In this document: in pieces, positions 18,908 through 28,611 of the stretch
Layout: each line of letters begins with the position of its first letter
Numbering within the stretch: the stretch's first letter is position 1
DNA from: a virus
Lineage: Duplodnaviria; Caudoviricetes
DNA length: 64,000 nt
Strand: one strand, 5' to 3'
IMG/VR virus record: IMGVR_UViG_3300037067_021792
Notes under the pieces: model-generated
What the model saw: only the letters and a program-made list of their open reading frames with translations
Database searches by the model: none
Told to the model about the DNA's origin: nothing
Position numbers and translations under genes: made by a program

Positions 18908-19707
18908 TAGAATTTCATAAATACAGGACCAGAATTATTGATAAATATAATAACAAAGATAGTAAAGCATTTGTAATTTTGACTGCCTGTCATAACAAAT
19001 TTAAATATATAAAAGATTGCCTGAACTCTGTTATTTCTCAAGATTATAGGCCCATCTGCCTGACATGGGTGGATGACTCATCGACAGATAATAGCCTTCA
19101 ATATATTATTAATTGCAGATCATTACTTAGGGACAATGATATTGGATTTACCATTATATCAAATGTGTCTAAATCGGGTTGTTCAACGGCTTACCGTATT
19201 GCAGCGTCGCAGTCAATTGGGAGGTATTTCGGGGTTTTAGATGCAGATGATATGCTGATGCAACACTCGTGCTCTTTTGTTTCTAGTATTTATGAAAAAA
19301 ATAAAGACTTAACGTACTTATGGACTCAATTTCAAATATGTAATAGTGATATGGTATACAAAAAAAGTGGAATATCCCAGCCTCCCGATCCTGGCGAATC
19401 TATGTTGAGCATGGGAAAAGTTCATACTTTTTCTCATTGGAGAACATTCTCCAACAAGATAGACAAAGACACAGTATTTTGCTCAGGGCTAAAACGCGCG
19501 GTTGACAAGTATATGGGATATAAGCTTGAAGAAATGGGGCCGGGGGCGTTTGTTAATAAGGAATGCTATAAATATAGAGAAGGAGTGCGCAGCAGTGTGA
19601 CTAATAAAAATTCTAAACCAACATGGGAAATGGTAATCCGCGGGGCTAAGAAGCGAAGAATGATACATCATATAAATCCTTTTCCAATTAGGTCGATTAA
19701 TGTCTAA
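18904..19707 (+). CDS. GT2-family glycosyltransferase (paralogue set A)
   Basis: VDDSSTDNS, GVLDADD, FSHWRTFS, AVDKYMG. Confidence 0.9.
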   Translation: MIEFHKYRTRIIDKYNNKDSKAFVILTACHNKFKYIKDCLNSVISQDYRPICLTWVDDSSTDNSLQYIINCRSLLRDNDIGFTIISNVSKSGCSTAYRIAASQSIGRYFGVLDADDMLMQHSCSFVSSIYEKNKDLTYLWTQFQICNSDMVYKKSGISQPPDPGESMLSMGKVHTFSHWRTFSNKIDKDTVFCSGLKRAVDKYMGYKLEEMGPGAFVNKECYKYREGVRSSVTNKNSKPTWEMVIRGAKKRRMIHHINPFPIRSINV

Positions 19708-20494
19708 GAACAAATATATTAAAACCTTTTCTCTACTGACGTCTTGTCGTAATGGTGAAGAATATTTAGATTGTTGGTTTGATTCCATATTAAATCAGGG
19801 GTATAGGCCATTAGAAGTCGTTTTTGTAGATGACAGTTCTAGTGATAAGTCGGTTGATAAATTATGTTCTTTAAATGCAAAATTTCGCGATGCTGGCATC
19901 AACCTCCTAATATTGCGTCACAGGAAATTACTCAAATATGGTAGTGGGTTATTGACGGCAGCACAACATGCTACGGGGTATTTTATGGGAGTGCTAGATG
20001 TTGACGATGCTCTTACCCCCAAATCAGTGGAGCATGTTATGCGACTTTATCGTAAGTATGCCGACATTGGATACATATATACTCAATTTGAAATATGCGA
20101 TCAGGATATGAAAACTATTAGAATTGGTTTTAGTAGAGAGCCAAGAAAAAAAGAGACTATTCTATCAGAGGGTATTAAGTTTAATGAACATATTTACTCT
20201 CATTTTCGGACTTTTTCGAAGCGAATTCCGAACTATCTGGACATTTTTCCTAGAAAAGCTCGATATGCCATAGACCAATTTATGGGATTGTCATTAGAAG
20301 AAAAAGCAAAAGGGATATTTACCGACAGAGTGTGCTATAGATATAGAACGGGTCACTCTAATAGTATATCATCTAAATACGGAGGTCAACGAAGAGAATT
20401 TTGGCATAAATTGATGGGGCAATTTGCAGAGAATAGGGAAAGGAATAATATATCTGCATATAAAATTATACGGGTGGCGAATAAGGGAAAATGA
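19700..20494 (+). CDS. GT2-family glycosyltransferase (paralogue set A)
   Basis: VDDSSSDKS, GVLDVDD, YSHFRTFS, AIDQFMG. Confidence 0.9.
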   Translation: MSKNKYIKTFSLLTSCRNGEEYLDCWFDSILNQGYRPLEVVFVDDSSSDKSVDKLCSLNAKFRDAGINLLILRHRKLLKYGSGLLTAAQHATGYFMGVLDVDDALTPKSVEHVMRLYRKYADIGYIYTQFEICDQDMKTIRIGFSREPRKKETILSEGIKFNEHIYSHFRTFSKRIPNYLDIFPRKARYAIDQFMGLSLEEKAKGIFTDRVCYRYRTGHSNSISSKYGGQRREFWHKLMGQFAENRERNNISAYKIIRVANKGK

Positions 20495-21198
20495 TGGAAG
20501 TTAGTGTTATAACAACTCTATTTAATTATAAAAAATATATTGGAGAGGCAATTATCTCTTTTTTGGGACAAAATTTTTTGGACTCAGAAATGATAATTGT
20601 GGATGACGGCTCAAGAGATAACCCGTATTCTGTCATTAAAAAATTCGATAATAAAAGAATTAAATATATAAGACTTAAAAAGAATAGGGGATATTCTCAC
20701 GCAAAAAATGTTGGAATTATGTCCGCAAAATCTGAAATACTTGTCATGCTAGATGCAGATGATATGTTAACTACTAACAGTATATCTTGTAGATACAATA
20801 AAATACAGAAAGGGTACGATTTCGTGCATGGCCCAGCCATAGATTTAATTGATGGCAAAACGTCTAAATCCAGATTGTGGGAGAAATGGCTAAAAAAGCC
20901 TACATATAAACATGTTCACGCACAGGGTGTGATGCTTCGTAAAGACATACATAGAAAAATAGGATTATATGATGAGAAGTTACGATGCAAAAGTGACCGA
21001 GAAATGTGGGCCCGAATATTTAACTATGGTTTTAATATTGGCACTGTATCGGAATTTGTATCTTATTACAGAATACACAAAAACCAAATGAGCAGGTCGT
21101 CTCAGAAGTTATCTGAAAACAAAAAATTACAAAAAACTGTTTTAAGTCTAATTGAAAAGAGAAAAACAGACTTGTCTGGTGTTCGGATGTTGGATTAA
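20491..21198 (+). CDS. GT2-family glycosyltransferase
   Basis: SVITTLFN, IVDDGS, NRGYSHAKN, LDADD, GLYDE. Confidence 0.9.
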   Translation: MMEVSVITTLFNYKKYIGEAIISFLGQNFLDSEMIIVDDGSRDNPYSVIKKFDNKRIKYIRLKKNRGYSHAKNVGIMSAKSEILVMLDADDMLTTNSISCRYNKIQKGYDFVHGPAIDLIDGKTSKSRLWEKWLKKPTYKHVHAQGVMLRKDIHRKIGLYDEKLRCKSDREMWARIFNYGFNIGTVSEFVSYYRIHKNQMSRSSQKLSENKKLQKTVLSLIEKRKTDLSGVRMLD

Positions 21199-22112
21199 TG
21201 GTACTATATATTAATACAAATGGTTTTTCTGGTGGGCCAAAAGTTTTTAGAAAAAGACTAATTAATGGCTTTAATAAGTATAGTGATGTGCTGCTGGTTT
21301 CTGATCCTAAAAAATATTTTGACGCAGAAATTTGTTTTGTAAATATTAAAAACAAGTCTCACAAAAAGCCGTGCATACTTAGATTGGACGGATGTTATTA
21401 TGATAAAAAAAGAATAAAAATGAATAAATCTTTAAAAAAATCCATCCTTCTAAGCTCTGGAATAATATTTCAATCTAATTTTTCCAAGAAAATGTGTAAT
21501 AAATTTATTTCAACAAATATCAAAAAATCATGTGTAATTTATAATGGAATAGATTTTGATGAGATAAATGAAATTACTCCTAGCACAAATGTTGTTCCTG
21601 GCTCATTTGTGGCATGTGCCGGGTGGAGGAGTAATAAAAGACCCAATTCGATCGTGAGAGGGTTTTTGGCGGCGGGCATTTCAGAGCATTTATATATGAT
21701 TGGCGATGGCATCAAAAATCCGATTAAACATCCGAATATTCACTATCTCGGTAATTTGTCGTGGCGAAAAATTATTTCAATAATGAAATCTTGCAGCTAC
21801 CAAATTCATTTATGCCATATTGATTCATGTCCCAATGCAGTCGTAGAAGGACTGGCGTGCGGACTTAATATTTTATGCTCTAATCTTGGGGGTACTCCAG
21901 AAATTGTTAGATCAAACGGTGTTATTATGGATATTGATCGTTGGGATTTCCGACCAGTTGATAATATGAAGTTTGATAATTTAAAAGATGATGTAGTCGC
22001 CGATGGTATTAGTAGACTCAAAACAATTACCGTAAGAGCAGATAGACCAGATTTACACATCAAAAACATAGTTAAACAATATTTAGATGCAATATTAGAG
22101 ACTATTAAGTGA
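21198..22112 (+). CDS. GT4-like glycosyltransferase (paralogue set B)
   Basis: LRLDG, VIYNGID, WRSNKR, HLCHIDSCPNAVVEGLACG. Confidence 0.85.
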   Translation: MVLYINTNGFSGGPKVFRKRLINGFNKYSDVLLVSDPKKYFDAEICFVNIKNKSHKKPCILRLDGCYYDKKRIKMNKSLKKSILLSSGIIFQSNFSKKMCNKFISTNIKKSCVIYNGIDFDEINEITPSTNVVPGSFVACAGWRSNKRPNSIVRGFLAAGISEHLYMIGDGIKNPIKHPNIHYLGNLSWRKIISIMKSCSYQIHLCHIDSCPNAVVEGLACGLNILCSNLGGTPEIVRSNGVIMDIDRWDFRPVDNMKFDNLKDDVVADGISRLKTITVRADRPDLHIKNIVKQYLDAILETIK

Positions 22113-22930
22113 AAAAAACCGTACTAATTCAGTGCCCAAGAAAGTTTTGCACAGTAATACCCATATTTTGTAAAGAATGCCTTAAGCATGGCATATTTGA
22201 TAAAATTTACTGTGTCACCGATGGATCTATTTCGGTGAATGACAAAAGATGCCAAATAATAACACACGCAGATAAACAATTTTCTGCAAATCTGTTATTT
22301 GCTTTGGATTATATTGAAGAAGATGTTTTCCTGTTATGCTGCGAAGACCATATTATGATAGAACGACATAATAAAGAAGAGTTTGAACAAACCTGGAAAT
22401 TTATGATGGACAATCCTAATGTTGGGTCATTAAGACTGACCCATAACAGGAATGTAAAATTTTCTGGTAAATCTGATATCAACGTCAATTTCTCCAGCGT
22501 TGACAGTGGGCTTATTAAGGAACTTAGCAACAAATATTCCTATCTCTGGAGTGCGCAGCCGTCGTGGACCCAAAAAAAATATTTGTCAAGAATTCTGAAA
22601 GAAGGGGAAAACGCCTGGCAAGCGGAGGTCTATGGGTCAAAAAGAGCAAGAAAAGGACAATTTAAAAAATATTGTGTCACTAGAGATATCTATCACGCAA
22701 CCAACTTTTATAAGAAGGGCCAATACGTTAGGAGCCATTTTGTGGATTATTCTATAAAAAATAAACTAGGAATCAAGTTTACCCTTCCCGTTTTTGTGAA
22801 ACAGTTAGTGCCCATCGATGGTGTAGATACTATGATAAAAAGCATTGTTCCAGTGAGTGAGTATATACACGCAAAAAGAAAAGGTACTCTAAATACCATT
22901 TTATGGCAATACAGAATTGTTAAAAGATGA
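22109..22930 (+). CDS. putative glycosyltransferase (paralogue set C)
   Basis: FLLCCEDH, VGSLRL, ENAWQAEVYGSKRA shared with 50163..50897. Confidence 0.55.
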   Translation: MKKTVLIQCPRKFCTVIPIFCKECLKHGIFDKIYCVTDGSISVNDKRCQIITHADKQFSANLLFALDYIEEDVFLLCCEDHIMIERHNKEEFEQTWKFMMDNPNVGSLRLTHNRNVKFSGKSDINVNFSSVDSGLIKELSNKYSYLWSAQPSWTQKKYLSRILKEGENAWQAEVYGSKRARKGQFKKYCVTRDIYHATNFYKKGQYVRSHFVDYSIKNKLGIKFTLPVFVKQLVPIDGVDTMIKSIVPVSEYIHAKRKGTLNTILWQYRIVKR

Positions 22931-23847
22931 GAATTGGATTTAGTGAAAATCTTGATAAACTGGATGGTTCCGGGAAGCATAAGTTTTTATATAGACTCAA
23001 AACCGAATTTGAGAGAATGGGCGTTTCGGTTGTAAACAAAAATCCCCACATATATTTACTTTTGCCTGGGCATAGCATAAAAAAGGGGGCCAAAAACATA
23101 TTAAGATTGAATGGAATTATTATTGATAACAAAGTAGACCGGTCCAAAAATAAATCAATATTAAAATTAGCGCATAAATCAGATGGAGTGGTATACCAGA
23201 ATAAATTTTGCATGCAGGCATACGAACGATTTTTGGGTTTAAATCATAGAAATTCTGCATGCATATCTAACGGAGCTTCTCCTGAAGAGTTTTTGCCAAG
23301 ATCCCCTCAAAAAATATTTTTAGCAAGCTGCCGATGGAGGCCACATAAAAGATTGGATGATATCATTTCTGGTTATCTGAAATCAAAGAAATTCGGTCTA
23401 CAATCGAACTTAATTGTTGCCGGTAAATTAGATGGTATTAAACATAAAATAAATAAAAATCCTGGGATTAAATATGTGGGATGGCAAAATTCAGCACAAC
23501 TAAATGTTTTGTTGTCACAATCTCTGGCTTCACTACACTTGTCTTGGATTGATTGGTGCCCAAACTCGATGGTAGAATCAATAGTAGCTGGATGTCCGGT
23601 TATATATTCTGACAGTGGTGGGCATTCATATATTGCAGATAAATGTGGCATACCGATTCGTGATCAGCAATGGAATTTCAAACCATGTGATTATTACAAT
23701 CCGCCGAGGCTGGATGTTACAGAGATTGCTAATGCGATGATAGAAATGGAAAATAAACCTATTAGTATTGTTAATGGCAATCTATATATAAGCTTTGTAG
23801 CAAAAGAATATTTATCATTTTTTCTCAAGGTGCTCGATGAAAGTTAG
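22927..23847 (+). CDS. GT4-like glycosyltransferase (paralogue set B)
   Basis: LRLNG, ISNGA, WRPHKR, HLSWIDWCPNSMVESIVAG. Confidence 0.85.
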   Translation: MRIGFSENLDKLDGSGKHKFLYRLKTEFERMGVSVVNKNPHIYLLLPGHSIKKGAKNILRLNGIIIDNKVDRSKNKSILKLAHKSDGVVYQNKFCMQAYERFLGLNHRNSACISNGASPEEFLPRSPQKIFLASCRWRPHKRLDDIISGYLKSKKFGLQSNLIVAGKLDGIKHKINKNPGIKYVGWQNSAQLNVLLSQSLASLHLSWIDWCPNSMVESIVAGCPVIYSDSGGHSYIADKCGIPIRDQQWNFKPCDYYNPPRLDVTEIANAMIEMENKPISIVNGNLYISFVAKEYLSFFLKVLDES

Positions 23848-24820
23848 TTCAAAACAATACCTACCCCTCATTGCCTTAAATGGCGACAATAAGATTGTTA
23901 AAATAAATAATCACATTCTTCGTAAACCGATGGATGTCAATAGCCAACGGAATGCTCTCAATGAGAACTCTGCGCTGATTACATGCAATTATATATTCAA
24001 TGAGAAAGTTTTTGAATGGTCATCTCATATTAAGGCAATTTGTCACCCGTATAAGAAACCAGACAAGTTTCCGGACCATATTCCTAAATATCTTCTGTCA
24101 GAATCTGACTTCTGTGATAAATATACCACTCCGACAAATTGCGGTTCAGCCAAAAAAAGATGGGATTTTGCTTATTTTACGATTAATTCTATGCAAGGGA
24201 TAAATTGTAAGGGATTATATATGCTGCCCAGTATAGAAAAATCAGCCACAATGGCTGGTTTAAAAGGAGTAGTCATTAATTATGGCCCGGAAATTAAACA
24301 AGGAGATATCGAAGAAGAATATTTGCGTAGAACAAGAAAGTATATAAGAGACAGCAAATTGCATATCAAAAATAAAATTTTGAATCAGAAGCAAATATGT
24401 CAATTGGTATCGTCGGTTAAATTTGTAATAGTTCCTAGCACCAGAGATTCTAGTCCAAGAATAATTCCAGAAATGTTGGTGCGCAATGTTCCCATTCTGT
24501 TAAATAAGCACATTTACGGTGGGTGGAAATATTTAAATGCTGATACTGGATTATTTTTTTCTGGAATTAGTGTAGAGGATTATTATAAAAATAGCAATAG
24601 GGATGATATAGAGCTATTTGAATTTGATTTGTCGGAGAAAATGAAAATAATGATGAATTCCGAATTCAGAAATGTGAGTGCATCATATTATACACAGTTT
24701 GGTTTTTCAAAAACCGCACAAAGATTAGCAGATATTTTTAACAAAATGCAAACAAGTGATTATAAGATGGTTTGTTACGCTGAATGGAGAAACATCCTAG
24801 AAAGGTTCAAAAATGCGTAA
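23837..24820 (+). CDS. putative GT-B glycosyltransferase
   Basis: VIVPSTRDSSPRIIPE...VPILLN...GGWKY resembles the C-terminal GT4 nucleotide-binding motif. Confidence 0.6.
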   Translation: MKVSSKQYLPLIALNGDNKIVKINNHILRKPMDVNSQRNALNENSALITCNYIFNEKVFEWSSHIKAICHPYKKPDKFPDHIPKYLLSESDFCDKYTTPTNCGSAKKRWDFAYFTINSMQGINCKGLYMLPSIEKSATMAGLKGVVINYGPEIKQGDIEEEYLRRTRKYIRDSKLHIKNKILNQKQICQLVSSVKFVIVPSTRDSSPRIIPEMLVRNVPILLNKHIYGGWKYLNADTGLFFSGISVEDYYKNSNRDDIELFEFDLSEKMKIMMNSEFRNVSASYYTQFGFSKTAQRLADIFNKMQTSDYKMVCYAEWRNILERFKNA

Positions 24821-25241
24821 GTGGCTACCACATTTTGCGGAGTTGGTGGATAGGCTGTCTATACATCAGCTGAAAGAAATTTTTATATCAGAACATAAAG
24901 AAAAATATCGTTCAGAGATGGATGATATTCTTCACGACATGGGAAAAATAATTGAGGAAAAAGACATTAAAATTACTCCTCGCCTTATACATTGTATTGT
25001 TGCGCTATCTCAAATGAATGCTCACATTTGGTATAACGAATCAGCTGCCAGAAAAGGGGAAGACCAATCTCTTGAGAAATTGCGGTTATCGCATAGCTTA
25101 AACGGAGTTCGAAACAATTTGATGAATATCATATTGAATTTGATTAATGATAAAAATAGGTCGGATTATAAAATAGACTGTCTGGCATCCGAGTTTAAAG
25201 ATCAGTGGCAGATAGGGATAATTGAGGACGCCAATAAATGA
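24813..25241 (+). CDS. helical hypothetical protein
   Basis: AELVDRLSI.QLK...NAHIW..E..AR...LNGVRN pattern; overlapping start/stop with neighbours. Confidence 0.65.
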   Translation: MRKWLPHFAELVDRLSIHQLKEIFISEHKEKYRSEMDDILHDMGKIIEEKDIKITPRLIHCIVALSQMNAHIWYNESAARKGEDQSLEKLRLSHSLNGVRNNLMNIILNLINDKNRSDYKIDCLASEFKDQWQIGIIEDANK

Positions 25242-26212
25242 TAGATTTTAATAACATACCAAATGCTAAGATATTAGTAATTGGGGATATTATACTAGAT
25301 CATTATAAAGTTGGGAAAGTGGAAAGATTATCGCCGGAAGCTCCCGTGCCATTGGTGAACATTGACAATGAATTGTGGAGAACGGGTGGTGCGGCAAATG
25401 TTGCCTGTAATATTAAATCGATTGGTTGTAATGTAGATTTGGCTGGTATTATTGGCAATGATTCTAATGGTAAAATAGTTAAAAAATTACTTTCAGACTG
25501 CCAAATCAAAACGAGTGAAATAGTAGAATCAAGTAACATAAAGACCACTGTTAAAACCAGAGTTATAGGCAGCGACCAACACATAGTCCGTTATGATAAA
25601 GAAGATGTGTTAAGTGATATTCACCCAGATAAACATCTAATGTTTGGCCTGATTCGTGATATTATTAATAAGCACGAGTATGATATGGTTGTTATATCTG
25701 ATTATGGGAAGGGAATTATTTCTAATAGTACTATGGAATTTTTGAGAACTGTGCTGGATGCAAGAAAGATTATTGCCGATGTGAAGCCTAAAAATAAGGA
25801 TTTATACAAGGGAATATTTTGTATAACACCTAATCGTATAGAATCTTATCAAATGGTCCATGTAGATGATTCGGTAGATATGATTGCGAAGCGACTTAAA
25901 GAATATCTAGATTTAAAATGTATAATTATCACGCTATCTACCGAGGGAGCCTTGTTGGTTGATGAGGATGACAATGTTCATTTTATTAGTCCACATTTTT
26001 ATCAGCCATCGGTTGAAAGACATTACAGAATCGATGTAACTGGAGCAGGTGACACATTGTTAAGTGTCTTTTCGGCAGGAGTAGCTGCTGGCAACTCCTT
26101 AATAGACTCACTTAGATTGGCAAATATTGCTGCAAGCATAATTGTGACGAAACTTGGACCTGCCTCTTGCACGCTAGAAGAGCTTAAAATTGAAAGTGGG
26201 AAAACCCAGTGA
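25238..26212 (+). CDS. rfaE1: heptose-7-phosphate kinase (RfaE/HldE kinase domain only, PfkB family)
   Basis: VIGDIILDHY..GKVERLSPEAPVP, GGAANVA.N, SDYGKG, TPN, DVTGAGDT. Confidence 0.9.
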   Translation: MIDFNNIPNAKILVIGDIILDHYKVGKVERLSPEAPVPLVNIDNELWRTGGAANVACNIKSIGCNVDLAGIIGNDSNGKIVKKLLSDCQIKTSEIVESSNIKTTVKTRVIGSDQHIVRYDKEDVLSDIHPDKHLMFGLIRDIINKHEYDMVVISDYGKGIISNSTMEFLRTVLDARKIIADVKPKNKDLYKGIFCITPNRIESYQMVHVDDSVDMIAKRLKEYLDLKCIIITLSTEGALLVDEDDNVHFISPHFYQPSVERHYRIDVTGAGDTLLSVFSAGVAAGNSLIDSLRLANIAASIIVTKLGPASCTLEELKIESGKTQ

Positions 26213-26895
26213 TTTTTACTCAGAAATGCAAAGAATTTATACCCGATTTCATAAAATGTTGCTGTGAAGGATCGAATAGAATTCCGTATGTTGAAAAAGG
26301 AATACTCAATATTGAAGCATTTTATTGGTGGTCTTTAATTGCTTTTTTTGAGCCAGATATTATTTTGGAATCCGGAGTGTCCAAAGGACGTAGCACAGAA
26401 ATTATTGCTAGGGCTCAGAAATACTATAATATTCCTAAACATTATGCTTTTGATATAGACAATAGACATGAAAGGTTTGTTCGACAAAAATTACGTCCAT
26501 ATCAGACAGTTTACTCCATTATGGACAGCACTGAGGGATTTAATGGAGTATTAAGCAAAGACTCCGGGACTACTGTGATTATTATGGATGGCCCCAAGTC
26601 ATCGTTGGGTATTAAATCTGTTTTTAGAATGCTGCATAAATTTAGCGATAGAATTTTGGCGGTAGGTTGTCACGATTGCGAACCGAATTCTAAAGTGCGA
26701 AATGCATTTGCTATTAATGCAAAAAAATTTATAATAAATAATGAATTGATATTTACAGAAATAGATCACAACTTTGATTTTTTAAACAATTATATTAAGG
26801 AAGATATTGCAAAATCCAAAAAATTATGTGAATTATTTGAAAAATCATATTTTGTAGGAATATCTTACCAAAAGGTACCAAAAGGTATAAAATGA
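26209..26895 (+). CDS. putative class I SAM-dependent methyltransferase
   Basis: IILESGVSKGRST, FDID, IMDGPK, CHD. Confidence 0.6.
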   Translation: MIFTQKCKEFIPDFIKCCCEGSNRIPYVEKGILNIEAFYWWSLIAFFEPDIILESGVSKGRSTEIIARAQKYYNIPKHYAFDIDNRHERFVRQKLRPYQTVYSIMDSTEGFNGVLSKDSGTTVIIMDGPKSSLGIKSVFRMLHKFSDRILAVGCHDCEPNSKVRNAFAINAKKFIINNELIFTEIDHNFDFLNNYIKEDIAKSKKLCELFEKSYFVGISYQKVPKGIK

Positions 26896-27833
26896 GAGAT
26901 AATAAATTAACAGTTATAGAAATGAATGATAGTAAAAAAAACTCTATCCCTATTTCTTGGATAACAGCCTATGATCTTCCGTTCGCTTTTGCTGCTCAGC
27001 GAGCCGGAATTGATATGATTTTAGTCGGGGATTCTGGCGGGATGGTACAATTAGGATATGAAACCACAAACCCAGTAACGATGGACGAGATGATATTGTT
27101 GGCGTCAGCTGCTCGTCGAGGCGCTACAAATACGTTTATAGTCGGAGATATGCCGCAAGGATCATATGAAATTTCCACAGAGGATGCCGTAAGAAATGCT
27201 ATTCGTTTTATTAAAGAATCTAGGTCTGATTCTATCAAACTTGAAGGCGGCGAGCGAGTTGCCGATAAAGTTCAAAGTATTGTTAATGCTGGGATATTGG
27301 TTTTCGGGCATTTGGGGCTTACTCCTCAGAGCACATCGTCTTTTGGGGGATATAGAGTTCAAGGTAAAACTAAGGAGAGTTTCGAATCGATACTAAGTGA
27401 TGCCATTTGTTTACAGCAAGCCGGTGCATGTGCTATCTTGCTGGAGGCGATGCCGTCAGAAGTTGCTGGGCAAATAGCTAGACGACTAACTGTGCCGATA
27501 TATGGCATTGGCGCAGGAAACGAAGTAGATGGGCAATTGGTTATCATGCATGATATAATGGGATTCTATCAATCATTCCGCCCTTGGTTTGCAAAGTGCT
27601 ATGTTCCACAAGTTCTTCCCGATTTCCAGAAATACTTATTATCAATCGAAAATATTAGGGAGGAAGGCAGAAAAAATAGATCCGATGGTTTGCTCAGACT
27701 GGCTGAAATGTGTATATCTAAATATATCGAAGAAATAAAAAACGGAATATTTCCCGGAAAAGAATATTCATATCCAATTAAACATGATGATTTAATTAAG
27801 ATTAAATTATCCAACAAGTGGATGGATGTATAA
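26892..27833 (+). CDS. panB: 3-methyl-2-oxobutanoate hydroxymethyltransferase-like protein
   Basis: TAYD, ILVGDS, VGDMP, IKLEGG, GHLGLTPQ, GIGAG..DGQLV. Confidence 0.9.
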   Translation: MRDNKLTVIEMNDSKKNSIPISWITAYDLPFAFAAQRAGIDMILVGDSGGMVQLGYETTNPVTMDEMILLASAARRGATNTFIVGDMPQGSYEISTEDAVRNAIRFIKESRSDSIKLEGGERVADKVQSIVNAGILVFGHLGLTPQSTSSFGGYRVQGKTKESFESILSDAICLQQAGACAILLEAMPSEVAGQIARRLTVPIYGIGAGNEVDGQLVIMHDIMGFYQSFRPWFAKCYVPQVLPDFQKYLLSIENIREEGRKNRSDGLLRLAEMCISKYIEEIKNGIFPGKEYSYPIKHDDLIKIKLSNKWMDV

Positions 27834-28608
27834 TTTCATAAGATTGGAGAATTGCATGGATCTAGTTAGTGAAAAAGGCTATTGTTCTGACACTGAAAAA
27901 AGTGCACTCAGTGTTTTAACGGGAATGTTATTAAAATCTCCCATACCAGAGGATCAAATTTTATCTAATTTAGGACTTTTCCTTACATCGAAAAATCTCG
28001 CTCGATTGCTATTTTTTAATTATATTTATCAACATATTGTTAATATTCAAGGACAAATATTTGACTTAGGAACTCGATGGGGAAATAATATGGCTATTTT
28101 AAATTCTTTGCGGAGTATTTATGAGCCGTTTAACCGTCATCGAAAAATTGTTGGGTTTGATACTTTTTGTGGGTTTCCCGGTGTCTCTCCTGAAGACGGA
28201 AACTCCGATTTGATGGTGAAAGGAAATCTATATACAGCCGATGGGTATGTGGATTATTTACGATCAATTATGCAACATCACGAACAGCTAAACCCAATGA
28301 GCCATGTATGTAAATTTGAAGTCATTAAAGGCGATGCCTGTAACACAGTCAAACAATACCTAGATAACAACAAACATTGTATCATATCATTTGCTTATTT
28401 TGATTTTGATATATATAAGCCAACAAAAGAATGTTTGACCATTATTAGGGATAAGCTGGTTAAAGGTAGCGTTGTAGCTTTTGATGAGCTAAATGACCAG
28501 GATTCTCCTGGCGAAACAATTGCCCTAGATGAGGTGTTTGGGTTAAATAGCATAACTTTATGTAGGGTTCCATTTGTTTCTAGAATATCTTATTTTATAT
28601 TGGAGTAG
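27826..28608 (+). CDS. TylF/MycF-like sugar O-methyltransferase
   Basis: DLGTRWG, GFDTF.GFP, IKGDA, FDFDIYKPT, VAFDEL, PGET.A. Confidence 0.8.
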   Translation: MYNFIRLENCMDLVSEKGYCSDTEKSALSVLTGMLLKSPIPEDQILSNLGLFLTSKNLARLLFFNYIYQHIVNIQGQIFDLGTRWGNNMAILNSLRSIYEPFNRHRKIVGFDTFCGFPGVSPEDGNSDLMVKGNLYTADGYVDYLRSIMQHHEQLNPMSHVCKFEVIKGDACNTVKQYLDNNKHCIISFAYFDFDIYKPTKECLTIIRDKLVKGSVVAFDELNDQDSPGETIALDEVFGLNSITLCRVPFVSRISYFILE

Positions 28609-28611
28609 ACT

